Source of the DNA: Halobacterium hubeiense
GTDB taxonomy: Archaea; Halobacteriota; Halobacteria; Halobacteriales; Halobacteriaceae
Length of the DNA: 40,000 nt
NCBI RefSeq assembly: GCF_001488575.1
Contig: NZ_LN831304.1
Coordinates: 52,626 to 92,625, forward strand
Reading direction: 5' to 3'
A program made the position numbers and the translations under genes. The notes under the pieces are model-generated. The model saw only the letters and a program-made list of their open reading frames with translations. It was not told the origin of the DNA and did not search any database. How positions within the stretch are numbered: the first letter of the stretch is position 1; every line of letters starts with the position of its first letter. Positions 16,314 to 24,036 of this stretch are shown here, piece after piece.

Positions 16314-17684
16314 TCAGATGATGCCGCCGATGACGAGTAGGCCGACGACGACCAGCAGCGTCGCGACAACGCTTCCCCCGGCCAGCCACTTGTTCTCTAT
16401 CGCCTTCTCGGGAAGCGGCATCGCGGCGTACTCCTCGCGGAACGCTTCGAGGTTCTCCTCGTCGTAGAAGTACTTCGTCTTCAGCGCGAACCGTTCCGTC
16501 ACCGCACAGCCCGTACAGACCGGCTCGCCTTCCAGCCGCTCCGTTTTGATGTGGCTGGAGCAGGCGATTGCCCCGCAGTTCGGACAGAACGTGTACGTCT
16601 CATCAATGCCGCTCGTGTCACAATGGACGCAGCGGTGGATGCCGTCCTCGGCTGTTACCCGTGACGGGCCTGCCGCGTAGTACTCATAGGGGTAGGTGTA
16701 CTCCTGGAGGTCGGTCGTGTGCCGAACCTCGGGGAGGTACACTGGTTCGATCGATTGGACGGAGATGTCCGAGCGGTTCGGCTCGCAGGTCTTGTCGTAC
16801 GTGACGTTGTTGTCGCCGGTGTAGGTCACCGTCGTCGTGTGGTGTTGCTGGAGCCGCTCGACGGCCCATTCCTTGTACTCCGTTTGGGTCTGGCCGAACC
16901 GGCGCTCCTCGACGTCGTCGAATACTTCTCCGAACTGCTCGGCGTCGAGATCGACCGTCGCGTGGAGGTTCTCGGTGACCAGCGTCGCGACGTCCTCGTC
17001 GACGACCTGCGGCTGCCCGCGTTCGGCGTGGGCAACGAATCGCGTCCGGTCGTTGATCCGGTGGATGACTCCCACCGACGTCTCGAAGACGGCGTTCGTG
17101 TCCGCGGTGACCGCGACCACCGGGCGGAACGTCACCGCCGAATGCGGTTCTGGGAGATCGGCGGCTTCGATGTTCTCGATGTCACGGAACGCCTCGATGA
17201 CGGGCGCGTCGACGTCGGCGGCAGGGTCGTACGGGCGGAGCGTCTCGTCGCAGAGAATCTCGATGCGACCGTTGTAGAGGTCGAGGCCGATCTCGTCGGC
17301 GATCTCCCGGAGGTCCTCGCCATCGAGCAGCTCGATTGGATGTGGGTCGTCGTTCTGCTGGAGGCGGTCGGCGTACTCCTGAGCAGGGTTCGTAAACCGG
17401 CCGGTTGTGACGACCATTCCGCGTTTCGGGCCGTCGAAGTCGAATGTTGCGATGGCGGAGTGGAGCTTCTGGACGACCGGCCGCCCGACCGTCCCCGTGT
17501 GCTTGCACTCGACGATGATCGCGCGCCGCGTGCCGTCGACGACCTCCTCCATGATGACGTCGCGACCCTCGTCAGCCGTGCGGTCGGCCTGGCGGACGTT
17601 CTCGTAGCCGAGGTTGCGGAACACGTCCTCCATCACGTCCTCGAACTCGAACCCCGAGAGATTGTCCAGTACAGCCATCCTCAA
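16314..17684 (-). CDS. Mrr-like PD-(D/E)xK restriction endonuclease domain protein with a C-terminal zinc ribbon and a transmembrane anchor
   Basis: FEFEDVMEDVFRNLGYENV..GRDVIM..AIIVECKH gives the D..ExK core. It also contains CVHCD..CPNCG..CTGC and ends in the hydrophobic helix WLAGGSVVATLLVVVGLLVIGGII. Confidence 0.75.
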   Translation of the reverse strand: MRMAVLDNLSGFEFEDVMEDVFRNLGYENVRQADRTADEGRDVIMEEVVDGTRRAIIVECKHTGTVGRPVVQKLHSAIATFDFDGPKRGMVVTTGRFTNPAQEYADRLQQNDDPHPIELLDGEDLREIADEIGLDLYNGRIEILCDETLRPYDPAADVDAPVIEAFRDIENIEAADLPEPHSAVTFRPVVAVTADTNAVFETSVGVIHRINDRTRFVAHAERGQPQVVDEDVATLVTENLHATVDLDAEQFGEVFDDVEERRFGQTQTEYKEWAVERLQQHHTTTVTYTGDNNVTYDKTCEPNRSDISVQSIEPVYLPEVRHTTDLQEYTYPYEYYAAGPSRVTAEDGIHRCVHCDTSGIDETYTFCPNCGAIACSSHIKTERLEGEPVCTGCAVTERFALKTKYFYDEENLEAFREEYAAMPLPEKAIENKWLAGGSVVATLLVVVGLLVIGGII

Positions 17685-17740
17685 TTATGTGGACAGTACG
17701 TTGCAACTGCCAAATACGTTGCCGAACGCTACGCCGTCCT

Positions 17741-17771
17741 GTTTGTTGAACCCCTGAGAGGGGTGCGGGGG
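17741..17771 (+). promoter_or_regulatory. T-box/hairpin module e
   Basis: GTTTGTTGAA-CCCC-tgagaGGGGTGC-GGGG(G). Confidence 0.65.
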
Positions 17772-17795
17772 TCACCGAACCGCCCGCGAGCAACG

Positions 17796-18482
17796 ATGAA
17801 CGGGAATGTACCTATGGCCAGTTCGGAATCGGTTCCAGTCGCATCGCCAGGTCAGGCTCACCGAGACGCAGTCGAATACGTCGGCTTCCGCGTCGACGGC
17901 CAAGCCGTCGTCCTGAACCTCTCGGAGCATCGGCGACTCTCCCTCGAGCGCAGTCTGGACCTCGTCAACCACAGTCCAAGCGGGTTCGAGTGGGGGTATA
18001 GTGGTAGCGGGCCCGCCCAGCTCGCGTGCGCGCTCCTCCTCGACTACTACGACGATGAGCAGTTCGCCCGTGAGCACTACATCGCGTTCCGGAATCAGGT
18101 GGTCTCACAGCTGGAGTGCGACGGTGCCGCGGCGTGCTGGCACCTCCCCGGCGAGGAGATCGACGCCGCGATGGCGACCCTTACCGACGACGTCGTCGCC
18201 CTCGCCGACGGAGGACGGCCGTCACCGACGCTCCCCGAGAACTGGCGAGCCGTCTCTCGCCCTGATCGAAGAGTGTTCCAGCGCGCTGATCGCGACCACT
18301 ACATCGTACTCGGGGATGGAAGCGACGAGTGGCTGGTCGTGCTCTGCAGCCAGGGCGACCGTGCATATCCTGCCCCGCTCGCGCATCGGACGGTTGTTGA
18401 GGAGGCCGACGTGGAACAGGTAATCCGGGAACTCGCCGAAAAGAGCAACGACCTCATCGAACCCCCGGAGGGGGAGCACTGA
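17796..18482 (+). CDS. Hypothetical protein (DUF6166-like motif HSPSGFEWGYSGSGPAQLA)
   Basis: This is ATG 17796, in frame within track ORF 16719..18482. The upstream part of that ORF is antisense to the Mrr-like gene. Module e lies 25 nt upstream. Confidence 0.7.
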   Translation: MNGNVPMASSESVPVASPGQAHRDAVEYVGFRVDGQAVVLNLSEHRRLSLERSLDLVNHSPSGFEWGYSGSGPAQLACALLLDYYDDEQFAREHYIAFRNQVVSQLECDGAAACWHLPGEEIDAAMATLTDDVVALADGGRPSPTLPENWRAVSRPDRRVFQRADRDHYIVLGDGSDEWLVVLCSQGDRAYPAPLAHRTVVEEADVEQVIRELAEKSNDLIEPPEGEH

Positions 18483-18613
18483 TGGAGACGCTTCGACTGG
18501 CGCGAGCCACCCACCAGCTCCTCGAACGAGGTGTCGAGGCGCTCGAGAAAATCGGGCGTGAACTGGAGCGATACAACGACCGACAGGAGCGCACCGACGA
18601 CACCGACTCGTGA
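18482..18613 (+). CDS. Small helical ORF (43 aa) bridging two overlapping genes
   Basis: Hand translation gives METLRLARATHQLLERGVEALEKIGRELERYNDRQERTDDTDS. Its ATG overlaps the previous TGA, and its TGA overlaps the next GTG. Confidence 0.35.
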   Translation: METLRLARATHQLLERGVEALEKIGRELERYNDRQERTDDTDS

Positions 18614-19275
18614 CCGAAACTCACTCTCTAGACCAAATACGGAGTACCGGCTTCCAGTATACGCCTACCCCCGAGGAGTGCTCGTGTCCCATCCATCGGG
18701 AGGGGCAGCCGGTCACGGCGCCGCTCGGTTTGCGGTTCGCAGAGCGCGTCCATATCGAAGCGATCCCGCGCCACGTCGCCGGCGCGATCTACGAAGCACA
18801 TCACTCCTATATGGACGATGTCCCCCGGACGAATCTCGTCCATCACGGACTCTGTTACCAGGACCAGCTACTAGGTGCGATTACGTGGCGCTATCCGCTG
18901 ATTCGCTCGCTGGAGTACGACGGAACGCGATTCGAGGGTGACGAAATCGTCGAGGCAGCACGGATTTGCATCGGCGTCGATTTCCCCAATCTCGCCTCTG
19001 CCGCCCTCGCCCGGTCGATGGAACGGTTCGTGCGTCGGCACGGTCGGCGACGAGGCGTTCGGCTCCTGCTGACGTTCGTGCGAGCCGACTTCGACGGCTC
19101 GATGATCAAAGCGCTCAGAGACAAGGGCTGGCACTGTGCCGGTAAAACGGACCCCGGCCAAGCGGGAAATCGCCCCGATAAGCAGATCCGAGAGCAGCCA
19201 AAGTGGCGGTTTCTCTGCGAAGTCCCAGCAGAGTCCGACCGGGAACAGGCCTCACTCGGGAGATGGTCCCCGTGA
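18610..19275 (+). CDS. Hypothetical protein, possibly a GNAT-fold Mom/XF1762-like acyltransferase
   Basis: The segments HHSYMDDVP..HHGLCYQDQLLGAITW..EIVEAARICIGVDFPNLASAALARSMERFV resemble the Mom-family layout as I remember it. This is a low-certainty family call. Confidence 0.6.
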   Translation: MTETHSLDQIRSTGFQYTPTPEECSCPIHREGQPVTAPLGLRFAERVHIEAIPRHVAGAIYEAHHSYMDDVPRTNLVHHGLCYQDQLLGAITWRYPLIRSLEYDGTRFEGDEIVEAARICIGVDFPNLASAALARSMERFVRRHGRRRGVRLLLTFVRADFDGSMIKALRDKGWHCAGKTDPGQAGNRPDKQIREQPKWRFLCEVPAESDREQASLGRWSP

Positions 19276-19814
19276 CCACGAATGCCAGTCTCGATGAATT
19301 CGTAGCGGAGACAGATTCGGACAGCCAGACAGATGACGGCCCATCGGTCGTCAACCAGCTGTTGAAACCGGTATCGCCGTCGCTCGGACTGCAGCTCGTC
19401 CCCGGCAGGGGTGACCCAATATACCTCCAAAATAGGGGGACCGAACGCTACCTGTTCCGAGATGACCACGAGCGATGGCTCATCCTCCAGCCCTCAGCCA
19501 AGAAATCGGTCGACGACTTCGTTCGCTGGGTGTATCTCCCCGAGGACAAGCCAACCGAGGTCGCCCGAACAGCGATGGGGCAACGGACGGTTCTCGGCTA
19601 CAGGTACGTTACGCGGAGCGAGGCCCCCGAGCCGGTGGAGACGACGGTGACAGCGATGTTCGTCAGCGAACCTTGGCCCGATGCCACCTACGAGTGTGGA
19701 TCCTGTAGTAGAGAGTTCGACTCACCGCATAGTCACGCTCGGCATTGCTGGGAAGCACACCCCTGGATTCCAAATCCTGGGCAGGTCCGGGTACGGAGAG
19801 ACGAATCTGAGTAG
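19263..19814 (+). CDS. Hypothetical protein with a C-terminal C2H2-type zinc finger
   Basis: It contains YECGSCSREFDSPHSHARHCWEAH. ATG 19263 overlaps the end of the previous gene. Confidence 0.6.
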   Translation: MVPVTTNASLDEFVAETDSDSQTDDGPSVVNQLLKPVSPSLGLQLVPGRGDPIYLQNRGTERYLFRDDHERWLILQPSAKKSVDDFVRWVYLPEDKPTEVARTAMGQRTVLGYRYVTRSEAPEPVETTVTAMFVSEPWPDATYECGSCSREFDSPHSHARHCWEAHPWIPNPGQVRVRRDESE

Positions 19815-19851
19815 TTCCGACATCTGATCCGAGCCGCGGACTGGACCTGGA

Positions 19852-19893
19852 TTAACCAACACTCCTCGCCGTTCAGAGACGGGTGTTGGTTAA
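19852..19893. repeat. Conserved-arm palindrome 2: TTAACCAACAC-N20-GTGTTGGTTAA
   Basis: It has 11-bp perfect arms. It lies 38 nt after the stop of 19263..19814 and ends 5 nt before the T-rich run of module f. Confidence 0.8.
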
Positions 19894-19902
19894 CGTGGTG
19901 TT

Positions 19903-19934
19903 GTTTTTGCGCCCGGGAGAGGGGCGCAGGGCGC
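19903..19934 (+). promoter_or_regulatory. T-box/hairpin module f
   Basis: GTTTTT-GCGCCC-gggagaGGGGCGCa-GGGCGC. Confidence 0.65.
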
Positions 19935-19985
19935 GAGACGATGCAGTCGCACGTCGACGAGGATTCCTGAAGTGAGGTGACTGAG

Positions 19986-21146
19986 ATGAAAGATCCAGAG
20001 TCCAGAACCATCTTCGCTGGCGTCGATGGACGTACCGACACCGAACTACCCGAGTGGTACCGAGAGCGTCACGGGAATGCAGACCCCGTGACCTTCCCCG
20101 AGGCGGTCCGTGATCTTCCGCAGGCCGTCGAGACGACCGTGGCGTACCAGAATCCCTACACCGACGAGTGGGTCGAGACGGAGCGGTTCAACGCGCTCGT
20201 CGAGCCGAGTCGCGCTCGAGAGCAGGCCCGTGAGGAGGAAGCCGAAACGGATTCCTTGTTCCATATTCCGACCGACTCGTACTCGATCATCAACCCGGTC
20301 GACGTCTACGGCCCGCTGGAGGAGGTCCTCCGCGAGGAGACCATCGACGGGACCCCGCTGGGCGAGGTGATGTTCGGCGAGATTCGGCGCTACCGGGGAG
20401 GCGGCGAGGTCCACATGGACATTATGTTCAATGGTCTCGAGGTGCGCCTTCCTGGCCGGTCGGACCCGATCACGATGGGCGTCACGTCTGGCTACGACTT
20501 CTTCGGCGAGCACGCCGTCTACGTGGAGGGGTTCGCCCAGGACGGCTACTGCTCGAACACGATGCGCTCGCTCACCGACAAGGAGGTTATCAAACACGTC
20601 GGCGACGTCCGGAACTTCCGGACCTGGTGGGAGGAACTCCTCGCACAGGTCGAACTCGTCGCCGATGACCTCTTCGAGTTCATCCGGGACGCCCAGGACA
20701 TCGAACTCGACTTCTCCGAACTCCCGTTCACCGTCACGGAGTTCTACACTCTGCTGGGGTTCCCGGACTACCTGGCCGAGCGTGCCGCCGGCGATGCAGA
20801 AGCCAATGCGGCGTCCCCCTTCGAGATCGATATGTGGACGCTGCATTCCGGCGCGACGTACGCCCTCACCCACTTCTTCCAGGGGAAGGAAGGGGCATCC
20901 CTCGATCAGTACGTCCGCATCGCCAACGACATCCTGTTCAATCCGGAAGGCACGGTCGAGCGCGTCGAGCAGGCCTACGAGCAGCAGCTAGAGGCGGACG
21001 GGGACGATGGGTCACAGGCCTCGCTGGCCGGCGAACGAGCGCTGGCGAGCATCGAGCGCGTCAGCGACGACCTGCAGGAGAAAGTCGATCAGTTCGAAGA
21101 GCGAGAGGACGCGCTGCGTGAGCGGTTCCAAGAGGCGATGGGCTAA
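19986..21146 (+). CDS. Hypothetical protein, DUF932-like (phage/plasmid-associated family)
   Basis: PTDSYSIINPVDVYGPLEEVL resembles the DUF932 core (Y-x-V-V-x-N..F..L). The SD GAGGTGA lies upstream. The family call is from memory. Confidence 0.65.
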   Translation: MKDPESRTIFAGVDGRTDTELPEWYRERHGNADPVTFPEAVRDLPQAVETTVAYQNPYTDEWVETERFNALVEPSRAREQAREEEAETDSLFHIPTDSYSIINPVDVYGPLEEVLREETIDGTPLGEVMFGEIRRYRGGGEVHMDIMFNGLEVRLPGRSDPITMGVTSGYDFFGEHAVYVEGFAQDGYCSNTMRSLTDKEVIKHVGDVRNFRTWWEELLAQVELVADDLFEFIRDAQDIELDFSELPFTVTEFYTLLGFPDYLAERAAGDAEANAASPFEIDMWTLHSGATYALTHFFQGKEGASLDQYVRIANDILFNPEGTVERVEQAYEQQLEADGDDGSQASLAGERALASIERVSDDLQEKVDQFEEREDALRERFQEAMG

Positions 21147-21243
21147 GAGCAGTCGGAGAGAAAATTCGCCAGGCGTGCTTCCGTTCTAGCGGCTGGAATC
21201 TACTGCTGACAGTATTAAGTGAGTAGGGGCGTACCCAGAGACC

Positions 21244-21555
21244 ATGTCTATTGAGCATAATCCGACTCTCGACGCGCGAGAGCCACAGCAGGGGGATATA
21301 GAGACTTTTGAAGAGTTGGAGCGTGGTGACTCGGTCAAATTCTTTGAATGGCCCGTTGAGCCGTTGACCGTGATCGGCTGGGAAGAAGACGATAATGTCG
21401 GGAAGCGGGTACGAGTTGAAGCAGAAGGCGGCGAGTCGTTTCTCTACCAGGTAGACGGTCAACTCTGGCATTACGTCCCTGAGGACGAGTTCGCCGGCGA
21501 GAATAACCCATACCCTGTTCAGAACCTCGTTTTGCTCGAATCCTCGGAAGCCTGA
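21244..21555 (+). CDS. Hypothetical acidic protein
   Basis: A 103-aa ORF. I recognised no family. Confidence 0.5.
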   Translation: MSIEHNPTLDAREPQQGDIETFEELERGDSVKFFEWPVEPLTVIGWEEDDNVGKRVRVEAEGGESFLYQVDGQLWHYVPEDEFAGENNPYPVQNLVLLESSEA

Positions 21556-21566
21556 TTGGGCTTCGA

Positions 21567-21584
21567 GACAGCGCGAATCCTGTC
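21567..21584 (+). terminator. Hairpin GACAG-cgcgaatc-CTGTC followed by a T-rich run
   Basis: It lies 12 nt after the stop of 21244..21555, with ctctattttg downstream. Confidence 0.25.
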
Positions 21585-21659
21585 GTGAAGGCCTCTATTT
21601 TGATGGTCTCATTCGCAGTGGATGCACCTTCCCAAGATCTACTGCTTCAATTCTCTGCT

Positions 21660-21688
21660 GTTGCTCGTGCCCTCGATAGGTGGAGGCA
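21660..21688 (+). promoter_or_regulatory. T-box/hairpin module k (divergent)
   Basis: GTTGCTCG-TGCC-ctcGATAGGTGGA-GGCA, 6 nt before ATG 21695. Confidence 0.4.
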
Positions 21689-21694
21689 TCCGTT

Positions 21695-21916
21695 ATGGGT
21701 ACTTCTACAGACGACTCAGAGGCGTCAGACGAATTTCCGCCTGAAAAACGACTTGAAGCACCGAACACGCGCCTGATCAAGGCAGGGATCGAGACGATTC
21801 CGGATATGGAAACCCTCCAGGAGTGCGTTGCCTACGAGAACGCCCACCAGAATCGAACGCAGATTCTGCGCCGGCTCAAGTGGAAGGCTGAAGAGCTACG
21901 TGAGGGCGAAGAGTAA
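21695..21916 (+). CDS. Small hypothetical protein
   Basis: This uses ATG 21695 inside track ORF 21680..21916. It is preceded by module k. Confidence 0.5.
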   Translation: MGTSTDDSEASDEFPPEKRLEAPNTRLIKAGIETIPDMETLQECVAYENAHQNRTQILRRLKWKAEELREGEE

Positions 21917-21925
21917 GTTCTGTTC

Positions 21926-21967
21926 TTAACCAACACATTCCGCGTGGGTTTCCTTATTGTTGGTTAA
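21926..21967. repeat. Conserved-arm palindrome 3: TTAACCAACA-N22-TGTTGGTTAA
   Basis: It has 10-bp perfect arms. It lies 10 nt after the stop of 21695..21916 and upstream of module g. Confidence 0.8.
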
Positions 21968-21981
21968 CTGCCTGAGTCTCG

Positions 21982-22011
21982 GTTTTTCGGGCCCCTGAAT
22001 GGGTGCGGGGC
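21982..22011 (+). promoter_or_regulatory. T-box/hairpin module g, upstream of the HEAR-HNH gene
   Basis: GTTTTTCGG-GCCCC-tGAATGGGTGC-GGGGC. Confidence 0.7.
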
Positions 22012-22102
22012 AACCAACATCGATGAAGGATCACAGACACCAGAGCGGACATTCAAATACTGAGCCAGATCCAAACTGAGTGACTCAACCCCCTCAGAGA
22101 TC

Positions 22103-23320
22103 ATGGGCAAGAAGCTGTACTCAGACGATGAACTCCTCAATCGGCTCCAGAAATTCGCTGAAGAACTCGGTCGTCCCCCATCGCAGAGTGAGATGGACGA
22201 TTCAGGACCTCATGCTTCGAAGACGTACGGGAATCGGTTCGGGTCGTGGAATAACGCACTCGAGGCTGCCGGACTTCAAACCGGAACGAACGATCCAAAC
22301 GGACGACCATCAACGCCCGAAGAGGACCTCCTTACTGATCTCAAATCGGTTGCCGACATCGTAGGGGGAACTCCGTCAGAGCGAGAATACAGTAATCACG
22401 GAAAGTATTCGGTGAAGACATACTGCAAGCGATTTGCAGGGTGGAATGCAGCACTACAGGCGGCCGGTTTTGAACCGAACGTCGAAATGAACCTCTCCGA
22501 GGAGGCACTCATTTCTGCCTTACAAGAGTTCGCTGAGAAACTGGGTCGACCGCCCACGGTAGATGAGATGGACCGGAGTGGCCCCTACACCTCGGATTCG
22601 TACAAGCGAGCGTTTGGAACCTGGAATCGTGCTCTTCGACAGGCTGGGTTGGAAGTCCACTCCGTGTGGAATGTGAGCGAAGAGGATCTAATATCCGAAC
22701 TCAACAGTCTCGCCGAAGAGCTAGGCCATGTCCCTCGGAAGGATGAGATGCGGAACCAAGGGAAATGGAGTGGAGCAGTCTATCAGGAGCGATTCGGTTC
22801 ATGGAATGAAGCTCTCCGAGCTGCCGGCTTCGAGCCGAATGAGCGGTGGCGAATCTCACGGGAGGAGTTATTAGCCGAACTGCGGGCAGTCGCGGATGAT
22901 CTGGGCCACCCACCGACAACGACGGAAATGAACGAACACGGAAAGTTCACCATCGATCCGTATCAGCGTGAATTCGGAACTTGGCGAACGGCCCTTCAAG
23001 CGGCCGACCCGGACTATCTAGAAAACTACCGTCAGTCAGATACTGAGACAGTTCCGTTTGGCTCGAACTGGCCACAGATTCGTGAGGAGATCATCACCCG
23101 TGACAACGAGTCCTGTCTGCGCTGCGGTATGGGCCGCGAAGCTCACCGCGAGAAGTTCGGACGTGATCTCCCTGTTCACCACCGGATTCCTCGACGCCGG
23201 TTCTACAACGACCCAGACCAGTCGGTCGATGATGCAGATGTACCGAGTAACCTGCTGACTCTCTGTATCCCGTGCCATCGCCGCCTCGAACGGCTGCCAG
23301 TCCAACCAGTAGTTGACTAA
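22103..23320 (+). CDS. HNH endonuclease with five N-terminal homing-endonuclease-associated repeats (HEAR)
   Basis: There are five ~57-aa repeats of the type (E/D)ELLxxLxxxAEELGRPPTxxEMxxxGxxSxxxYxxRFGSWNxALxAAG. The C-terminus CLRCG..HHRIP..NLLTLCIPCHRRLE is an HNH motif. Confidence 0.85.
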   Translation: MGKKLYSDDELLNRLQKFAEELGRPPSQSEMDDSGPHASKTYGNRFGSWNNALEAAGLQTGTNDPNGRPSTPEEDLLTDLKSVADIVGGTPSEREYSNHGKYSVKTYCKRFAGWNAALQAAGFEPNVEMNLSEEALISALQEFAEKLGRPPTVDEMDRSGPYTSDSYKRAFGTWNRALRQAGLEVHSVWNVSEEDLISELNSLAEELGHVPRKDEMRNQGKWSGAVYQERFGSWNEALRAAGFEPNERWRISREELLAELRAVADDLGHPPTTTEMNEHGKFTIDPYQREFGTWRTALQAADPDYLENYRQSDTETVPFGSNWPQIREEIITRDNESCLRCGMGREAHREKFGRDLPVHHRIPRRRFYNDPDQSVDDADVPSNLLTLCIPCHRRLERLPVQPVVD

Positions 23321-23354
23321 CAAGCGAAGTCTTACGTTCAGCACAAAGATATCT

Positions 23355-23386
23355 GCCGGCGAGCAGAGCGTCCACCTGCCGCCGGC
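23355..23386 (+). terminator. Hairpin GCCGGCG-N18-CGCCGGC between the HNH gene and module h
   Basis: A 7-bp GC stem read directly from the sequence, followed by a T-rich stretch. Its function is uncertain. Confidence 0.25.
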
Positions 23387-23401
23387 GTGATTTCGCGACC
23401 T

Positions 23402-23431
23402 GTTTTTCGTGCCCCCCGAGAGGGCGAGGGC
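23402..23431 (+). promoter_or_regulatory. T-box/hairpin module h
   Basis: GTTTTTCGT-GCCC-cccGAGAGGGCGA-GGGC. Confidence 0.55.
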
Positions 23432-23461
23432 TCCTTCGAAAGCTCTCAGAGGTGACTTCCA

Positions 23462-23809
23462 GTGAGTCAACAACAGCGTCCTGACAACGTCTCGATCGAC
23501 GAGATCCCGGTCGATATCGACAACACGCAATCAGCGGAGGTCGATTCCGCCGACGTCCCCGACGAAATCGAGTCCATTACCCGTGGGCTCGCCGGTGAGC
23601 AGCCGCCGACGAATCCGCTGGTCGTGCTGAAAGCGGCCCGGTGGTGGTACATTCACGGCAAGGGCGGCACGGATCCCGCCTTCCAGTGGGCCATCGAGTG
23701 GGCGCGTCACCTTGCGACCGACACGCCTAGCGACGTCGAGCGGTTCGACGAGTTTCTCGAGTATCTCGTCACGGTCGGCTTCGCTGAGGAGCGATCAACG
23801 CTTCGCTAA
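23462..23809 (+). CDS. Hypothetical acidic protein (GTG start)
   Basis: A 115-aa ORF with the SD GAGGTGA 8 nt upstream, preceded by module h. Confidence 0.5.
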   Translation: MSQQQRPDNVSIDEIPVDIDNTQSAEVDSADVPDEIESITRGLAGEQPPTNPLVVLKAARWWYIHGKGGTDPAFQWAIEWARHLATDTPSDVERFDEFLEYLVTVGFAEERSTLR

Positions 23810-23956
23810 TCAGATTTCGTAGCACGCGACATCTTCGGCACCGCAAGTTGGACACTCATCAGCATCCTCTGTGAGTGTCTCTCCACAGTGCCGGCACTCC
23901 CACACCGTCGACGACTTCCCCTCGACGGCTTTGCGGAGTGTAGTCAGTATCCCCAT
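23810..23956 (-). CDS. Small zinc-ribbon protein (48 aa), below the ORF-track cutoff
   Basis: Hand translation gives MGILTTLRKAVEGKSSTVWECRHCGETLTEDADECPTCGAEDVACYEI. Confidence 0.5.
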   Translation of the reverse strand: MGILTTLRKAVEGKSSTVWECRHCGETLTEDADECPTCGAEDVACYEI

Positions 23957-24036
23957 CCGAGCGAAATGTGGTTTCCTCGGTTGTTAACACTATCCTCTAA
24001 CTCCCACCCCTACTTAAACAATATACACAGGGAGCT

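Noticed and set aside
16719-17795. The 5' two-thirds of the 587-aa plus-strand track ORF 16719..18482
   Set aside because: It is antisense to the well-supported Mrr-like gene, and its translation is Val/Arg/Asp-rich without recognisable motifs. The believable protein starts at ATG 17796, behind module e. Long stop-free antisense frames are expected in high-GC DNA.
20046-20873. A 275-aa minus-strand ORF; the 221-aa minus-strand ORF at 24164..24829 is a similar case
   Set aside because: They are antisense to the DUF932-like and ArdC-like genes respectively. Their composition is typical of a high-GC antisense frame.
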